From Akkermansiaceae bacterium (GTDB taxonomy: Bacteria; Verrucomicrobiota; Verrucomicrobiia; Verrucomicrobiales; Akkermansiaceae): a DNA stretch of 64,000 bases. Both the position numbers and the translations under genes were made by a program. The stretch covers positions 64,001-128,000 of the forward strand of contig JBPOGF010000005.1 of assembly GCA_051251915.1 (NCBI GenBank), read 5' to 3'. The notes beneath the pieces were generated by a model. It ran no database searches. It was not told the origin of the DNA and saw nothing but the letters and a program-made list of their open reading frames with translations. Positions 36,021 through 46,396 of the stretch are shown one piece after another (the first letter of the stretch is position 1; the number at the start of each line of letters is the position of its first letter).

Positions 36021-36842
36021 ATGAGTTTGGCAAAGATTAAAAGACAGGGTAGTGATGTAGAAATCGCATACGAGGTGATAGGGAAAGCAGGTGAGGGGTA
36101 TCCTCTTGCGTTCATGCATGGTCTTGGGGCGGGTAGGGCGCAGACGACTTCTGCGCTGACTTCTTTGCGTGATACGCTGTTGATAGCTCCGGATATGTTG
36201 GGGCATGGAGATTCAGTTTCAGAGGATTCGGATGCTGTTATGAGCTTCGATCAGAGTGCGGATGATGTGATTGCTATTTTAGATCATTTGGGAATTGAGA
36301 AGTCGAACATTGGTGGTCTTTCGATGGGGTCTGGGATTGCTCTTAATATTGCATTACGTTATCCAGAGCGGGTGAATCAATTGATTTTGCTTCGTCCATC
36401 ATGGCTTGATCAGAAGAAGCCGGCGCATTTGGCATTAGTGGCTTATGTGGGTCAATGGATTATTGAGGATGGTGCGGAGGTGGCTGAGGAAAAGCTTATT
36501 TCTCACCCAGATTACCTTGCTCTATATGCGGAGGTTCCTAAGGTGGCGGAGTCTATCCGGGGGTTATTTAAACGTCCGGATCATTTATCACATACGGCGG
36601 TGCTGTATAAGATGTGGGAGGATGCGCCGTTTAGCGCATTAGAGAATTTGGCTCAGATCCAGCATGATGCGTTGGTGCTGTATACGACGCGAGATAATCT
36701 GCACCCCATACCGGTGGCTGAGAGTGTGGCGAATGCATTGCCAAATCTTAAGAGCATGCAGGAGTTGCCGCCGCGATATGATCAGTCGGAGGAGTATACC
36801 GTTGCTCTGAATGAGGCCTTGAATGGTTTCTTTCACCATTGA
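36021..36842 (+). CDS. Alpha/beta fold hydrolase
   Basis: HGLG, PD.LGHG.S, GLSMG nucleophile elbow. Confidence 0.85.
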   Translation: MSLAKIKRQGSDVEIAYEVIGKAGEGYPLAFMHGLGAGRAQTTSALTSLRDTLLIAPDMLGHGDSVSEDSDAVMSFDQSADDVIAILDHLGIEKSNIGGLSMGSGIALNIALRYPERVNQLILLRPSWLDQKKPAHLALVAYVGQWIIEDGAEVAEEKLISHPDYLALYAEVPKVAESIRGLFKRPDHLSHTAVLYKMWEDAPFSALENLAQIQHDALVLYTTRDNLHPIPVAESVANALPNLKSMQELPPRYDQSEEYTVALNEALNGFFHH

Positions 36843-38200
36843 GAGGAATAACTTACCTCTAGCTCAGCACGGGCTTCTGCTTGGTAGATTATTTTACCAG
36901 TCTTTTCGGTGAAAAGCGCGTGGACATCAAATTTTCTGGAGCGGATCATTTGATCAATGAGGTCTTCGGCTGAAATGCACATTCTGCCGGAGCGCTCATT
37001 GAGTGAAAACTGGAGGCCGTTTACTCCGTGATATGCGCGGTAGACTAGCTCGGTGCAGGCTAGGCGGTTTGCTTTGGTGAAATCGAACAGGAAATCATAG
37101 CGTTTTCCGGCGTGACTCATGGCAGTTTGGATGGCTTGTGAGAGATATTCTGGGTCTAAGTTGGCTCGGATTACCACAAAACTATCTACATTTAAGGTTT
37201 CGTGGAGTGGGCGAAATTTGACTCCGTCTTTCTTAGATTCTATAATTTCGTGCTCTGGTGAGGATGAAATAGGGATTTTTAAGGTTTCTAGCTGGGCGGG
37301 ATTTCCCATGTAAAAGGCTGCGTGTGGCCAGTATCCGGGGAGGAATAAATTGCTGAGGGCGTCGTCATGACGGGTGATGATAATGTCTCCGGGGATGAGG
37401 TGGGCGCGGATTTCTGAGAGAAATTCTGGGGTGACCCTCTTGGTTCCTTTTGTTAAACTGTTAGATTTTTTCATTGGCTGTTTCAACTCGGCGACAGCAC
37501 TTCCTGTTAGGCGGAAAAGTTGAAACATGGCTTTCTTGTAGCCGGATGAATTTCTCCTCACGATATCGTAGATTCTGTAACGTAATCTGAGGCGTAAATA
37601 ATCTCTTTTACGTGATTCTATAAAGGGGGACTCTTCTATGAGGAGGAGGATTAATTCTTGATCTAGCTCACTTAGTTCAGCGAGTGCGAGGATTTCAGGT
37701 TTGGAGCTTTCGAAGAACCGGGTGGCGTGATGAAACTGGCTCATTTTCTTGGTTGATGAAAGGCTCTCGTAAAGTCGGCTGATGGTCTTCCGTTCTATAC
37801 CATACCTTAGTTCAGACTCATCGAGCTTGTTCCAGATCACGGGGTTTTGGCGTGCTAGAGTGATGATGTATTTGGTGGATCGCACTAATAGACAACCAGC
37901 TGTAAAGCCGACGGCGAAGGTGCGGAGTTCGTTTCTCCAGTTCAGTTTGTTTCTTAATACAGGCATGATGGAATCGATTGATTCCACGAGGATGGAGCGT
38001 GCGCGTAGATAGGCTGCGAAAACGGAACGTAGACGGTCATCTTCGTCTGGTAGATAATAGGATCTCGCGGACGCTCTAACAGAATCTTCGATCACTGCTG
38101 TTAGATCACGTTCTTGTGGGATTGCTTGCGCGGCGGAGACGACTTGTTCCATCGTCCGCTCAATTTTACATTCATCATTCTGCGCTTCATTTTTGTGCAT
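36833..38200 (-). CDS. YiiX/YebB-like permuted papain-like (NlpC/P60) hydrolase
   Basis: PGDII, PGYWPHAAFY (His), YDFLFD..RLACTELVY (Cys). Confidence 0.8.
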   Translation of the reverse strand: MHKNEAQNDECKIERTMEQVVSAAQAIPQERDLTAVIEDSVRASARSYYLPDEDDRLRSVFAAYLRARSILVESIDSIMPVLRNKLNWRNELRTFAVGFTAGCLLVRSTKYIITLARQNPVIWNKLDESELRYGIERKTISRLYESLSSTKKMSQFHHATRFFESSKPEILALAELSELDQELILLLIEESPFIESRKRDYLRLRLRYRIYDIVRRNSSGYKKAMFQLFRLTGSAVAELKQPMKKSNSLTKGTKRVTPEFLSEIRAHLIPGDIIITRHDDALSNLFLPGYWPHAAFYMGNPAQLETLKIPISSSPEHEIIESKKDGVKFRPLHETLNVDSFVVIRANLDPEYLSQAIQTAMSHAGKRYDFLFDFTKANRLACTELVYRAYHGVNGLQFSLNERSGRMCISAEDLIDQMIRSRKFDVHALFTEKTGKIIYQAEARAELEVSYSSQW

Positions 38201-38418
38201 CTAACAAACAGTATGCTGAGTGCGAAATGAATGTCAAACTTGATCAATAGGGGGGTGGCGAGTGTCTAACAGAAATGGATGTTATTAAATGGGGAAGTAG
38301 GCGCTCTATTAGTTATCAGAGTCTCATTGTGCAAGAACAAATCTCTTATGTACGTAAGAAAAGATTTATTCCTTTTATCTTTACAACTTAAGCGACTTTA
38401 GCGAAAATAATAGGTGCA

Positions 38419-38694
38419 ATGAATAAAGCAGAACTCGTAGAATCCGTACAGAAGGCTCTTGGGAAAGAGACAACAAAGCGTCTTGCAGAAGAGGCAGTAG
38501 CAGCCGTACTTACTTCAATCGCTAAAGGCGTGAAGAAAGACAAGAAGGTCCAGCTCATTGGGTTTGGTACTTTCGAGGTGAAGAAGCGTGCAGCTCGTAT
38601 GGGCCGTAACCCTAAGACTGGTGAGTCAATGAAGATCAAAGCTTCAAAGACTGTTGGTTTTAAGTGCTCTTCAAATCTTAAAGCTTCTCTCTAG
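38419..38694 (+). CDS. hup: DNA-binding protein HU
   Basis: MNKAELV, VQLIGFGTFEV, RMGRNPKTGE. Confidence 0.95.
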   Translation: MNKAELVESVQKALGKETTKRLAEEAVAAVLTSIAKGVKKDKKVQLIGFGTFEVKKRAARMGRNPKTGESMKIKASKTVGFKCSSNLKASL

Positions 38695-38720
38695 TAGCAA
38701 GTTATAGATAATATACTTCA

Positions 38721-38754
38721 AGAGCTCTACGCGGTCACCGTGTGGAGCTTTTTT
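38721..38754 (+). terminator. Intrinsic terminator of hup
   Basis: agagctctacgcg/cgtgtggagcttttt hairpin and T-tract. Confidence 0.75.
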
Positions 38755-38830
38755 ATTTTAAGGTAGCGGAGTCAGTCTGTGAGTGGGGATGGTGCTTAGG
38801 TTCTCTACCTCTGATTCATCTTTCTAGCTT

Positions 38831-41035
38831 CTAGGTTGAGAATGACCAGATTTCTCCAGTTTGTTTGGTTCCGTCAGCTAGTATGGTGTCTACTCGCCAA
38901 TAATAGGTTGTACGCTTTTTTAATGCGGATCCTTTTACGGGGCGGACGATATTTTTAATGCTAGGTAATGTTTCGATGAGTTTTAGCTTATCATGAGATT
39001 CACCAAAATAGACTTTTGAGCTTATTCCTTTCATACCTTGTAGGTAGATAAGGTCCGTATTTATGGGGGTGTTCTTGGATTTATTTTTTGGGATGGGCAT
39101 TGAGGCTTGTTTTGAGATATAGCCTGGAATCCAGTAGAATTCATCTCCGTGCTCATAGGCTCCGATATCTGGTGCTTTTCCATTAAATTTATCGGTGACA
39201 TAGATTTTCTCTCCATTTACTGAGCAGGTGACGCGAGTGCCCGTATCGATGAGGCCCTTTTGGCCAGGTCTTGGGCGAAAGTCCCAGTTTTTGACATCAC
39301 GAAGCATTTTAGACATAGCGGAATGACCTTTAGTTTCAGCGCTGTAGTTGTGGGAATCTTCACCGGGGATTTTTAATGGGCTGATCACATCGGCTGCATT
39401 ATTTTGTGTGATTGTATTAGCGTTTCCTCCTTTTTCTACGGATACATTGAGGTCTGAGTGCCTAAAGATGTTGAGGTTATTGTAGACCTCGTGGTGGTCG
39501 CCTTTGAGGCGGAATCCTTTACCGACGGCTACACGTTTCATTAGATTTCCTACTCCAACGTTGCGGTAGAAGTTGGCGTGTTTACCTAAGACTTTTGGTT
39601 GGTTGATGCCGTCCCAGCGGAAATCTCTTTGTTTGTTGTCGATGAACCAATTATAGCGTCCTACACTCTCCCATACACTTTCATTTGCGATGTAGACTGA
39701 GGAGCCGTCTTTTTCTAAGAGTCCGCAATGGGTGTGGAAATTGTATTCACAGACGATGGGATTTAGTTTTCCGTCGCGATAGCGGTAACTGCCAAAGGCC
39801 TGAGCTTTACCTGCGGTGTGGATGGTGTTGCGCCGGTATATCAATCCATCTGATTGATGGACGTTAACTGTCGATCTGGATGCGGCGCATGCATAGTCTA
39901 TGTTTCTGAATAAGTTATTATTGATGATCATGTTACGCATGTGATTACATGCTAAACCACAGGCGTCAGAGTTTCTGAATGTGTTGTACTGCACTATGAC
40001 ATCTTCACAGAAATCTGCCTTTGACCCGAAGAATTCTGCGGTTCTGGAGCCATTGATGTCTCCGAGTGAGCGCTTGGAGGCGGAATAATAGTTAAAGTTA
40101 CAATTCTGAATTATGATTCCGTCTGAGCTCTTGAAGTGGAATGCTGTGGCGAAGAAGTTGATGCCATCTATTGTTACGCATTTGGTGTCTGCGTTTCCAG
40201 TGAAGGCGTGATCATGGGTCTTTGATCTGAGTTTGAGCTCATTTGGGTGTTTGCCTGCTATTGGCCAGAAGTAGAGAGTTTTAGTCTTTTCATCGAAGGC
40301 CCATTCTTGCTCTGAATCTAGGAGGACACGTTCGGCGTTGCCAACTCCTCCTTCAATGAAGTAGCTTTTGGAGGTTTTCATACCAATCCAAGCAGGGCTA
40401 AATTTGAAGGTTTTTGCTTTTGGTCGATGTTTTTGAATCACGTATGGACGAGTTAGGTGGTCCTGAAAATTTAGTACAGCGACGCATCCGGTGAGTGGTC
40501 TCCAAAGTTTTTGATACAGGGCGATGCCCTTTGCCGTGGCGATGACTTCGTCTTTCATAGATGCGGGATCTTTTTCGAGTCGGGCGATGTGGGGGGTAAA
40601 GGCTGCTTTGGAAAATGCGAGAGCATTTGGTAGGCGGGCGAGAGTCATGATCAGATCATCGGCGAATAGCTGGGTGACATTGTGAGGGGTTTTTGTTTTA
40701 TAGATATTTCCTTTATCTTTTGTCCATTTAGCTTCTAATTTGATGGTTCCATCCATGGTGACCTGTTCATCTTGATAATTTGTGATGGTGATGGGATTTT
40801 TTGGAAAGCCTCTTTTATTGTTAAGGTTAACTGTTTCGTGATACGTGCCACCTCTGATGAAACAGGTGTCGCCGGCGCGCATCAAATCTACTGCACTTTG
40901 AATGGATGACAGGGGTTCTTCTATACTGCCTTTTGCACCTGCTTTTCCTGAGTTGGAAACGTAAAAGTCTCTTGCGCTGGCCTGAGACAGGATGCTGATG
41001 AATGAGATTGTGTAGAGTAGAGAGAGAATTTTCAT
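38831..41035 (-). CDS. Secreted right-handed parallel beta-helix protein (putative polysaccharide-active)
   Basis: FYVSNSG..GSIEEP..SIQ.A....AGDTC.IRGGTY; repeated I..N.F.N; APDIGAYE; YYWRVD. Confidence 0.75.
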   Translation of the reverse strand: MKILSLLYTISFISILSQASARDFYVSNSGKAGAKGSIEEPLSSIQSAVDLMRAGDTCFIRGGTYHETVNLNNKRGFPKNPITITNYQDEQVTMDGTIKLEAKWTKDKGNIYKTKTPHNVTQLFADDLIMTLARLPNALAFSKAAFTPHIARLEKDPASMKDEVIATAKGIALYQKLWRPLTGCVAVLNFQDHLTRPYVIQKHRPKAKTFKFSPAWIGMKTSKSYFIEGGVGNAERVLLDSEQEWAFDEKTKTLYFWPIAGKHPNELKLRSKTHDHAFTGNADTKCVTIDGINFFATAFHFKSSDGIIIQNCNFNYYSASKRSLGDINGSRTAEFFGSKADFCEDVIVQYNTFRNSDACGLACNHMRNMIINNNLFRNIDYACAASRSTVNVHQSDGLIYRRNTIHTAGKAQAFGSYRYRDGKLNPIVCEYNFHTHCGLLEKDGSSVYIANESVWESVGRYNWFIDNKQRDFRWDGINQPKVLGKHANFYRNVGVGNLMKRVAVGKGFRLKGDHHEVYNNLNIFRHSDLNVSVEKGGNANTITQNNAADVISPLKIPGEDSHNYSAETKGHSAMSKMLRDVKNWDFRPRPGQKGLIDTGTRVTCSVNGEKIYVTDKFNGKAPDIGAYEHGDEFYWIPGYISKQASMPIPKNKSKNTPINTDLIYLQGMKGISSKVYFGESHDKLKLIETLPSIKNIVRPVKGSALKKRTTYYWRVDTILADGTKQTGEIWSFST

Positions 41036-41240
41036 AAATAGGGGAGTTGGGCATTATAGTTGTCATACAGAAAATGACTTATCTTTTTTGGCTTCACAAG
41101 GAAGAAACTTAAATTAACCAAAACACGCATATTCTCAATAGATTAGAATAAGTTTTGTAGGCACAGAGGAGATCTAGTAAATCACTGGTAATACTTGCAA
41201 TACCAAGATTTAACGCTAGAGTGACTTTAACGTATCCGCT

Positions 41241-42182
41241 ATGAAAACAGCACACAGAATTTCTATCTCTCTCGCAGGCAAGGTCCTCGGAGCTATCCTC
41301 GGTTTTTTCTTACTCTCTTGCGCCGCTAGTGCGCAGGATGCACCAGCGACGAGCACTGGACCGGCCCCTATCGACATCAATGTCTATGAGTTGATTAAAA
41401 ATCAAGGAGGACCAATTATTTATCCATTGGCGATTATTTCTGTGGTGACTGTGGTGTTGATTTTCTTCTTCTTTATCACGATTCGTGGAAATCGTGTGGT
41501 TAGTGACCGGTTCATGCGTAATGCTGAGATTCTTATTCGCAAGGAGGATTATTTAGGACTGATCACTGAGTGTAATCGAACCAATGAAAGCATGGCTCGT
41601 ATCGCTGAAAATGCGGTGGAGTTTATGACTAAAAATACTGGTGTGTCTTTCACTGAAGTTAGGGAAGTGGCTATGGCTGAGGGTTCTAGACAATCTAGTA
41701 TGCTGAATAACCGCATCAGTTACCTTTCTGATATTGGTTCTATTTCTACTATGCTAGGTCTGCTTGGAACAGTGATAGGTATGATTGTGACTTTCATCCG
41801 TATTTCTCAGGGGAACGTGGATGGTGTGCAGCAGATGAAGGTGGCTGAGGGGGTTTACCCTGCTTTAATCACTACTGGGATAGGGCTTAGCATTGGTATT
41901 ATTGCGTTGCTCTTCTATTCGATTTTCCGAGGTAAGGTGCAGAAGTACATTTCTGATTTGGAGTCAGCGTCGACTCATTTGTTGGCGCTGTTAGCGGCTC
42001 AGCATGACAAGCGGCATGGAAGATTAAATTCAGCTGCCGCAAATAGGCAGCGGGATGTGAGTAGACAATATTTTGAAGATGAAGATATAGCGGATCTTAG
42101 TGAAGGTTTTGCGATGCCTGAGAAGCGCGGAAGCCGTGCCACTGACGAGGGTTACCAAGGCCATATTCCGAGCAAACTATAG
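41241..42182 (+). CDS. MotA/TolQ/ExbB proton channel protein
   Basis: LGLLGTVIGMI, ALITTGIGL. Confidence 0.9.
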   Translation: MKTAHRISISLAGKVLGAILGFFLLSCAASAQDAPATSTGPAPIDINVYELIKNQGGPIIYPLAIISVVTVVLIFFFFITIRGNRVVSDRFMRNAEILIRKEDYLGLITECNRTNESMARIAENAVEFMTKNTGVSFTEVREVAMAEGSRQSSMLNNRISYLSDIGSISTMLGLLGTVIGMIVTFIRISQGNVDGVQQMKVAEGVYPALITTGIGLSIGIIALLFYSIFRGKVQKYISDLESASTHLLALLAAQHDKRHGRLNSAAANRQRDVSRQYFEDEDIADLSEGFAMPEKRGSRATDEGYQGHIPSKL

Positions 42183-42213
42183 AGAGTAATCTTAGAACCT
42201 ATTTTTAGAATCG

Positions 42214-42639
42214 ATGAAATTTAACACCCAACAAGCGCCACCTGTAGGCTTCCAGCTCGCTCCGATGATAGATATCATCTTCTTGTTGCTGGCGTTTTTC
42301 ATTGTGACTTATCAGATGACAGATAATGAAAAAGTGATGGAGATTTCCTTACCTGCAGCATCTGAAGGAAAAGCGAAGCAGAGAGATAATTTAGAGAAAG
42401 TGATCAATATCCACGCTGATGGTGGTATTGTGATAGATCAGAAGCCTTATACCTTGGATGAATTGGAAGCCAAGATGGGTAACCTGGTCCGAGTGAATAA
42501 AAGCCAGCCTATCCGGGTGAGAGGAGATGAGAAGACTGAATACAAGCACATAGTGGACGTCATTAACCGATGTAGTAAAGCGGGCATCTGGAACATCTCA
42601 TTTGCCACTGGCACACCAAAGAAAAATCCAACTAATTAA
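42214..42639 (+). CDS. ExbD/TolR family protein
   Basis: APMIDIIFLLLAFF, LP.A, VRGD. Confidence 0.9.
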   Translation: MKFNTQQAPPVGFQLAPMIDIIFLLLAFFIVTYQMTDNEKVMEISLPAASEGKAKQRDNLEKVINIHADGGIVIDQKPYTLDELEAKMGNLVRVNKSQPIRVRGDEKTEYKHIVDVINRCSKAGIWNISFATGTPKKNPTN

Positions 42640-42654
42640 GCGACCCTACCAGCC

Positions 42655-45066
42655 ATGCGTAACGATATGAAACACCGAGTTTACACATCCACAGTCACCT
42701 CGATAACAACACTCACTCTTGCAGCCAGTGCATTGACTGTTTCTGCTCAGACTCCAGCTCCTGTGGCAGAACCTGTGGTGCCTCAGCTAAAGGCTGACCC
42801 GGGAAATGACTATTTTGCACGGGTGAATCAGATTTATAAATCAGCCGCTATGGCTAAAGATTTCAGTCTTCGGGAGCAGTATTATAAGCAGTCTATTCCT
42901 TTGCTCCAAGACTACTTAAGGCAGTTTCCGGATCATAAGAATGCTGAGGCAGCAAATTACTATCTGGCTGAATGTTATTTCAATACAGGTAAAGTGAGAG
43001 AAGCGCTGACCGTTTATAATAAGATTGTAGCAAAGTATAGAACAGGGCCATACGTGGCGGCATCTACTTATCGGCTTGCACGCGATTATTATAGTAAGGG
43101 TGATTATATGAGTGCGGCAAAGTATTTCGAAATGACTGCGGGTTTTAGCGCAGTGCCGGCTGATAAGACGAAGGCCTTGTACTATCAGGCACAGGCCTAC
43201 ATGCAGGCGAAAAGATCAGACTTAGCGGCTCCTTTATACGCTAAAGTGTCTGATGCTGGGGGGATTAACCCTTTTAGAGAAGATGCGGCGTTATCTTATG
43301 GTAAGTTATCGTTGAAATCTGGAGATTACCAAGAATCTCTCAATGCTTTTGAGAAGTTGATACTTCCGAATCAGTCTGAGGACATCAAGGCTGAAGCGGC
43401 ATACCACGCAGGTGTTGCGGCCAATGGACTAAAGAAGTTAGACATTGCTGAAAAGTATTTTAAAATGTCTATGCTAAGTAATTCCCAGAAATGGAAGGGC
43501 CAAGCGCAGACGGGGCTGATGGGGATACGTTACGTGTTGAAGGACTACCAAGGTGTGATTAAGCTTCTGAGTAGAGGCAAATTTGAAATGTCCGAAGGTT
43601 TCAAAACCAAACAAGGGTTTCTATTGGGGCATTCCTATTTTAAATTAGACCAGTATGCTAGCGCGATAGATCACTTTATCGATGTAGAGATACATGGTAA
43701 GGGCACTGATGATGCATTCAAGGCGGGTTACTACAAGCTACTTTGTTTCTATAACATAAAGAATGCCAGTATCCCGGAGAAAGTAGATCGCTTCCTGGAA
43801 GGGTATGCGGTGAATAATGGGAGGCATAAGTTCATTCACCAGGCTTTGCTGATGAAGGCGGAGACGCTTTTTGCGAAACGCCAGTATGATGAAGCCTCGA
43901 AAGTGTATTCGGCAATAGGAGCAGACATTATCGATGAAAAATACCTACCTGAGATGCTATTTAGAAAGGGGTATTGCCTTTCTAAGGTAGGGAATTTTGC
44001 GGGGGCTGCAAATTCATTGACTGAGTTTGTGGAGAAATACCCTGAGAACCAGAAGGTGATGGAAGCGCTGATCTTGAGGGCTGGGGCTTATAGTAAATTG
44101 GAAAATGCAGCAAAAGCATTGAGAGACTATGACCATGTCATTAAGAACTCAAAAGATGCTCAGTACATAGCGATAGCACTTCAGAAGAGTGGAGTCATTC
44201 AGTTTCAGGATAAGAACTATGATGACATGATCGACCGTTATAAGCAACTTGTGCAAGAGCATCCTAAATTGGAGTCAAGAGTGATTGCGAATGCTAATTA
44301 CTGGATTTGCCGCGCATATTTTAAACAGAAGAAATATCGGTTAGGGCTTCAGTATCTAGAGGATAGTTGGAAGTTGGATAAATTGACCTTCGTGAAGCAG
44401 ATTTCGATGTTGCGTGTTATTGGTCATTTCTCACTAAAGAACTACGAAGAGACAGAAAATGCTATTGCAATCGCTGAAAATGCGGGGCTTCAGAATAAGA
44501 TCCCTCTGGCTGTGTATCGTTGGTTAGGTGAATTTTACTATAACGATAGCAATTTTGAAAAAGCGGCAGATTTACTAGAAAAAGGAATTGAGAAGGGAGC
44601 GGCTAGTGCTTCACCAATCGCGATTTGGAGGTATCTATCTAAAGCGCAAATGCAGACTGGAAAGTTTCAAGAAGCATTTATTTCTGTAAGTAACCTGCTT
44701 AGCATGGAAGAGGAGAAGCCGAGAATAGTAGATGCTCTGCTGGATAAAGCTAAGATACAAATGGAGCTGGGTAAAGATGGTGATGCGAAGCGCACAGCGG
44801 ATTCGGCATTAGAGATGAATCCTACAGGGAGAATCCAAGCTGAGCTGCTAAAGGTCATCGGTGATTTTCATTACAACATAGGTGAGCCAGAGAAGGCGGC
44901 TAACCATTATGTGTTGCTTGTGGATTCAGCTAAAGACCTTTCCTCTCATCCGCAAATACTCGATAGACTTGCAAAAAGTCTCCTGAGAGCAGGCAATGCC
45001 GCTGAAGCTAAGCGTTATGCTGATCAGCTGAGGGCGATCTACCCAGCCTATAAGAGAGAGCAGTAA
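42655..45066 (+). CDS. Periplasmic TPR protein
   Basis: Signal peptide; many TPRs (YYLAECYF, FVEKYP). Confidence 0.85.
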   Translation: MRNDMKHRVYTSTVTSITTLTLAASALTVSAQTPAPVAEPVVPQLKADPGNDYFARVNQIYKSAAMAKDFSLREQYYKQSIPLLQDYLRQFPDHKNAEAANYYLAECYFNTGKVREALTVYNKIVAKYRTGPYVAASTYRLARDYYSKGDYMSAAKYFEMTAGFSAVPADKTKALYYQAQAYMQAKRSDLAAPLYAKVSDAGGINPFREDAALSYGKLSLKSGDYQESLNAFEKLILPNQSEDIKAEAAYHAGVAANGLKKLDIAEKYFKMSMLSNSQKWKGQAQTGLMGIRYVLKDYQGVIKLLSRGKFEMSEGFKTKQGFLLGHSYFKLDQYASAIDHFIDVEIHGKGTDDAFKAGYYKLLCFYNIKNASIPEKVDRFLEGYAVNNGRHKFIHQALLMKAETLFAKRQYDEASKVYSAIGADIIDEKYLPEMLFRKGYCLSKVGNFAGAANSLTEFVEKYPENQKVMEALILRAGAYSKLENAAKALRDYDHVIKNSKDAQYIAIALQKSGVIQFQDKNYDDMIDRYKQLVQEHPKLESRVIANANYWICRAYFKQKKYRLGLQYLEDSWKLDKLTFVKQISMLRVIGHFSLKNYEETENAIAIAENAGLQNKIPLAVYRWLGEFYYNDSNFEKAADLLEKGIEKGAASASPIAIWRYLSKAQMQTGKFQEAFISVSNLLSMEEEKPRIVDALLDKAKIQMELGKDGDAKRTADSALEMNPTGRIQAELLKVIGDFHYNIGEPEKAANHYVLLVDSAKDLSSHPQILDRLAKSLLRAGNAAEAKRYADQLRAIYPAYKREQ

Positions 45067-45085
45067 TCAATAAGCTATCGCCGAA

Positions 45086-46396
45086 ATGTTACCTCAAGAA
45101 ATCATCAAAACGAAAAGGGATGGTCAAATCCTGAGCCAAGAGCAGCTTGAGTTTTTCATCAGGGGCGTGGTGGATGAGTCAGTGACAGAAGGGCAGATTG
45201 CGGCACTTGCTATGGCTGTTTATTTTAGAGGGATGAATCTTGAGGAGCGCGTGGCGTTGACCTCTTCGATGCGTGATAGTGGTGATACTTTAACTTGGGA
45301 GCATCTTGATGGTCCAGTGATTGATAAGCATAGTACTGGTGGTGTTGGGGATAATGTTTCGCTAATGTTAGGGCCTTTGATAGCTGCTTGTGGTGGATAT
45401 GTTCCAATGATTTCAGGAAGAGGGCTTGGTCATACTGGTGGGACGTTGGATAAGCTGGATAGTATCCCTGGTTATCAAACTCAACCGGATCTAGAGCTGT
45501 TGGATAAAGTGGTGAGAGATTGTGGTGTGGCTATTATCGGTCAGACGGCGGATTTAGCTCCAGCAGATAAGAGGATATATGGGATTAGAGATGTCACAGC
45601 AACTGTGGAGAGTCTAGACCTCATTACAGCATCTATTTTATCTAAGAAACTGGCGGCAGGGTTAGAGGGGTTGGTAATGGATGTGAAGACGGGTAGCGGT
45701 GCCTTTATGGAGGACTATGAAGATGCAGTTGCACTTGCGCGTAGTATTGTGGATGTGGCAAACGGGGCAGGTGTGAAGACGTCTGCTATGATCACGGACA
45801 TGAATCAGCCACTAGCGCGTTCGGCCGGTAATGCTGTAGAGATCGTAGAAACGATCAAGATGCTGAAGGGGGAGCTCAGAGGGTCTAGGTTAGAAAAGAT
45901 TGTCTTAGCTCTCAGTGCTGAGTTGCTGTTAACAGGAAATTTAGCAACGGATCAGTCTGATGCTGATGCGATGCTAGGAGAGGCACTTACAAGCGGGAAG
46001 GCGGCAGAAGTCTTTTCTAAGATGGTGGAGGGGCTAGGAGGGCCGAATGATTTATTAGAGAATTATGCTAACCACTTAAAGCAGGCTAATTGCACTACGG
46101 AAGTGAAAGTCAAGGAGGGAGGGTATCTATCGAAGATCAATACCAGAGAGATTGGTTTGGTGGTGGTGGAGCTAGGGGGTGGTAGAATGCGAGCAGATCA
46201 GGATATAGATCACAGTGTGGGACTGACAGAAATAGCGGAGATAGGACAGCAGATTAGTGCAGGTGACAAGCTGTGTGTAATCCACAGTAAAACTCGAGAA
46301 GAGGCGGAGCTGGTGATGAGTAAAGTCATAGATAGTTTTCACCTAACAAGCGAAGCAGTAGAGCTTGCTCCGCTCGTTATAGAAACGATCCGATAG
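45086..46396 (+). CDS. deoA: Thymidine phosphorylase
   Basis: DKHSTGGVGD, SGRGLGHTGGTLDKL, RDVTATV, SILSKK, DVKTGSGAFM. Confidence 0.95.
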   Translation: MLPQEIIKTKRDGQILSQEQLEFFIRGVVDESVTEGQIAALAMAVYFRGMNLEERVALTSSMRDSGDTLTWEHLDGPVIDKHSTGGVGDNVSLMLGPLIAACGGYVPMISGRGLGHTGGTLDKLDSIPGYQTQPDLELLDKVVRDCGVAIIGQTADLAPADKRIYGIRDVTATVESLDLITASILSKKLAAGLEGLVMDVKTGSGAFMEDYEDAVALARSIVDVANGAGVKTSAMITDMNQPLARSAGNAVEIVETIKMLKGELRGSRLEKIVLALSAELLLTGNLATDQSDADAMLGEALTSGKAAEVFSKMVEGLGGPNDLLENYANHLKQANCTTEVKVKEGGYLSKINTREIGLVVVELGGGRMRADQDIDHSVGLTEIAEIGQQISAGDKLCVIHSKTREEAELVMSKVIDSFHLTSEAVELAPLVIETIR

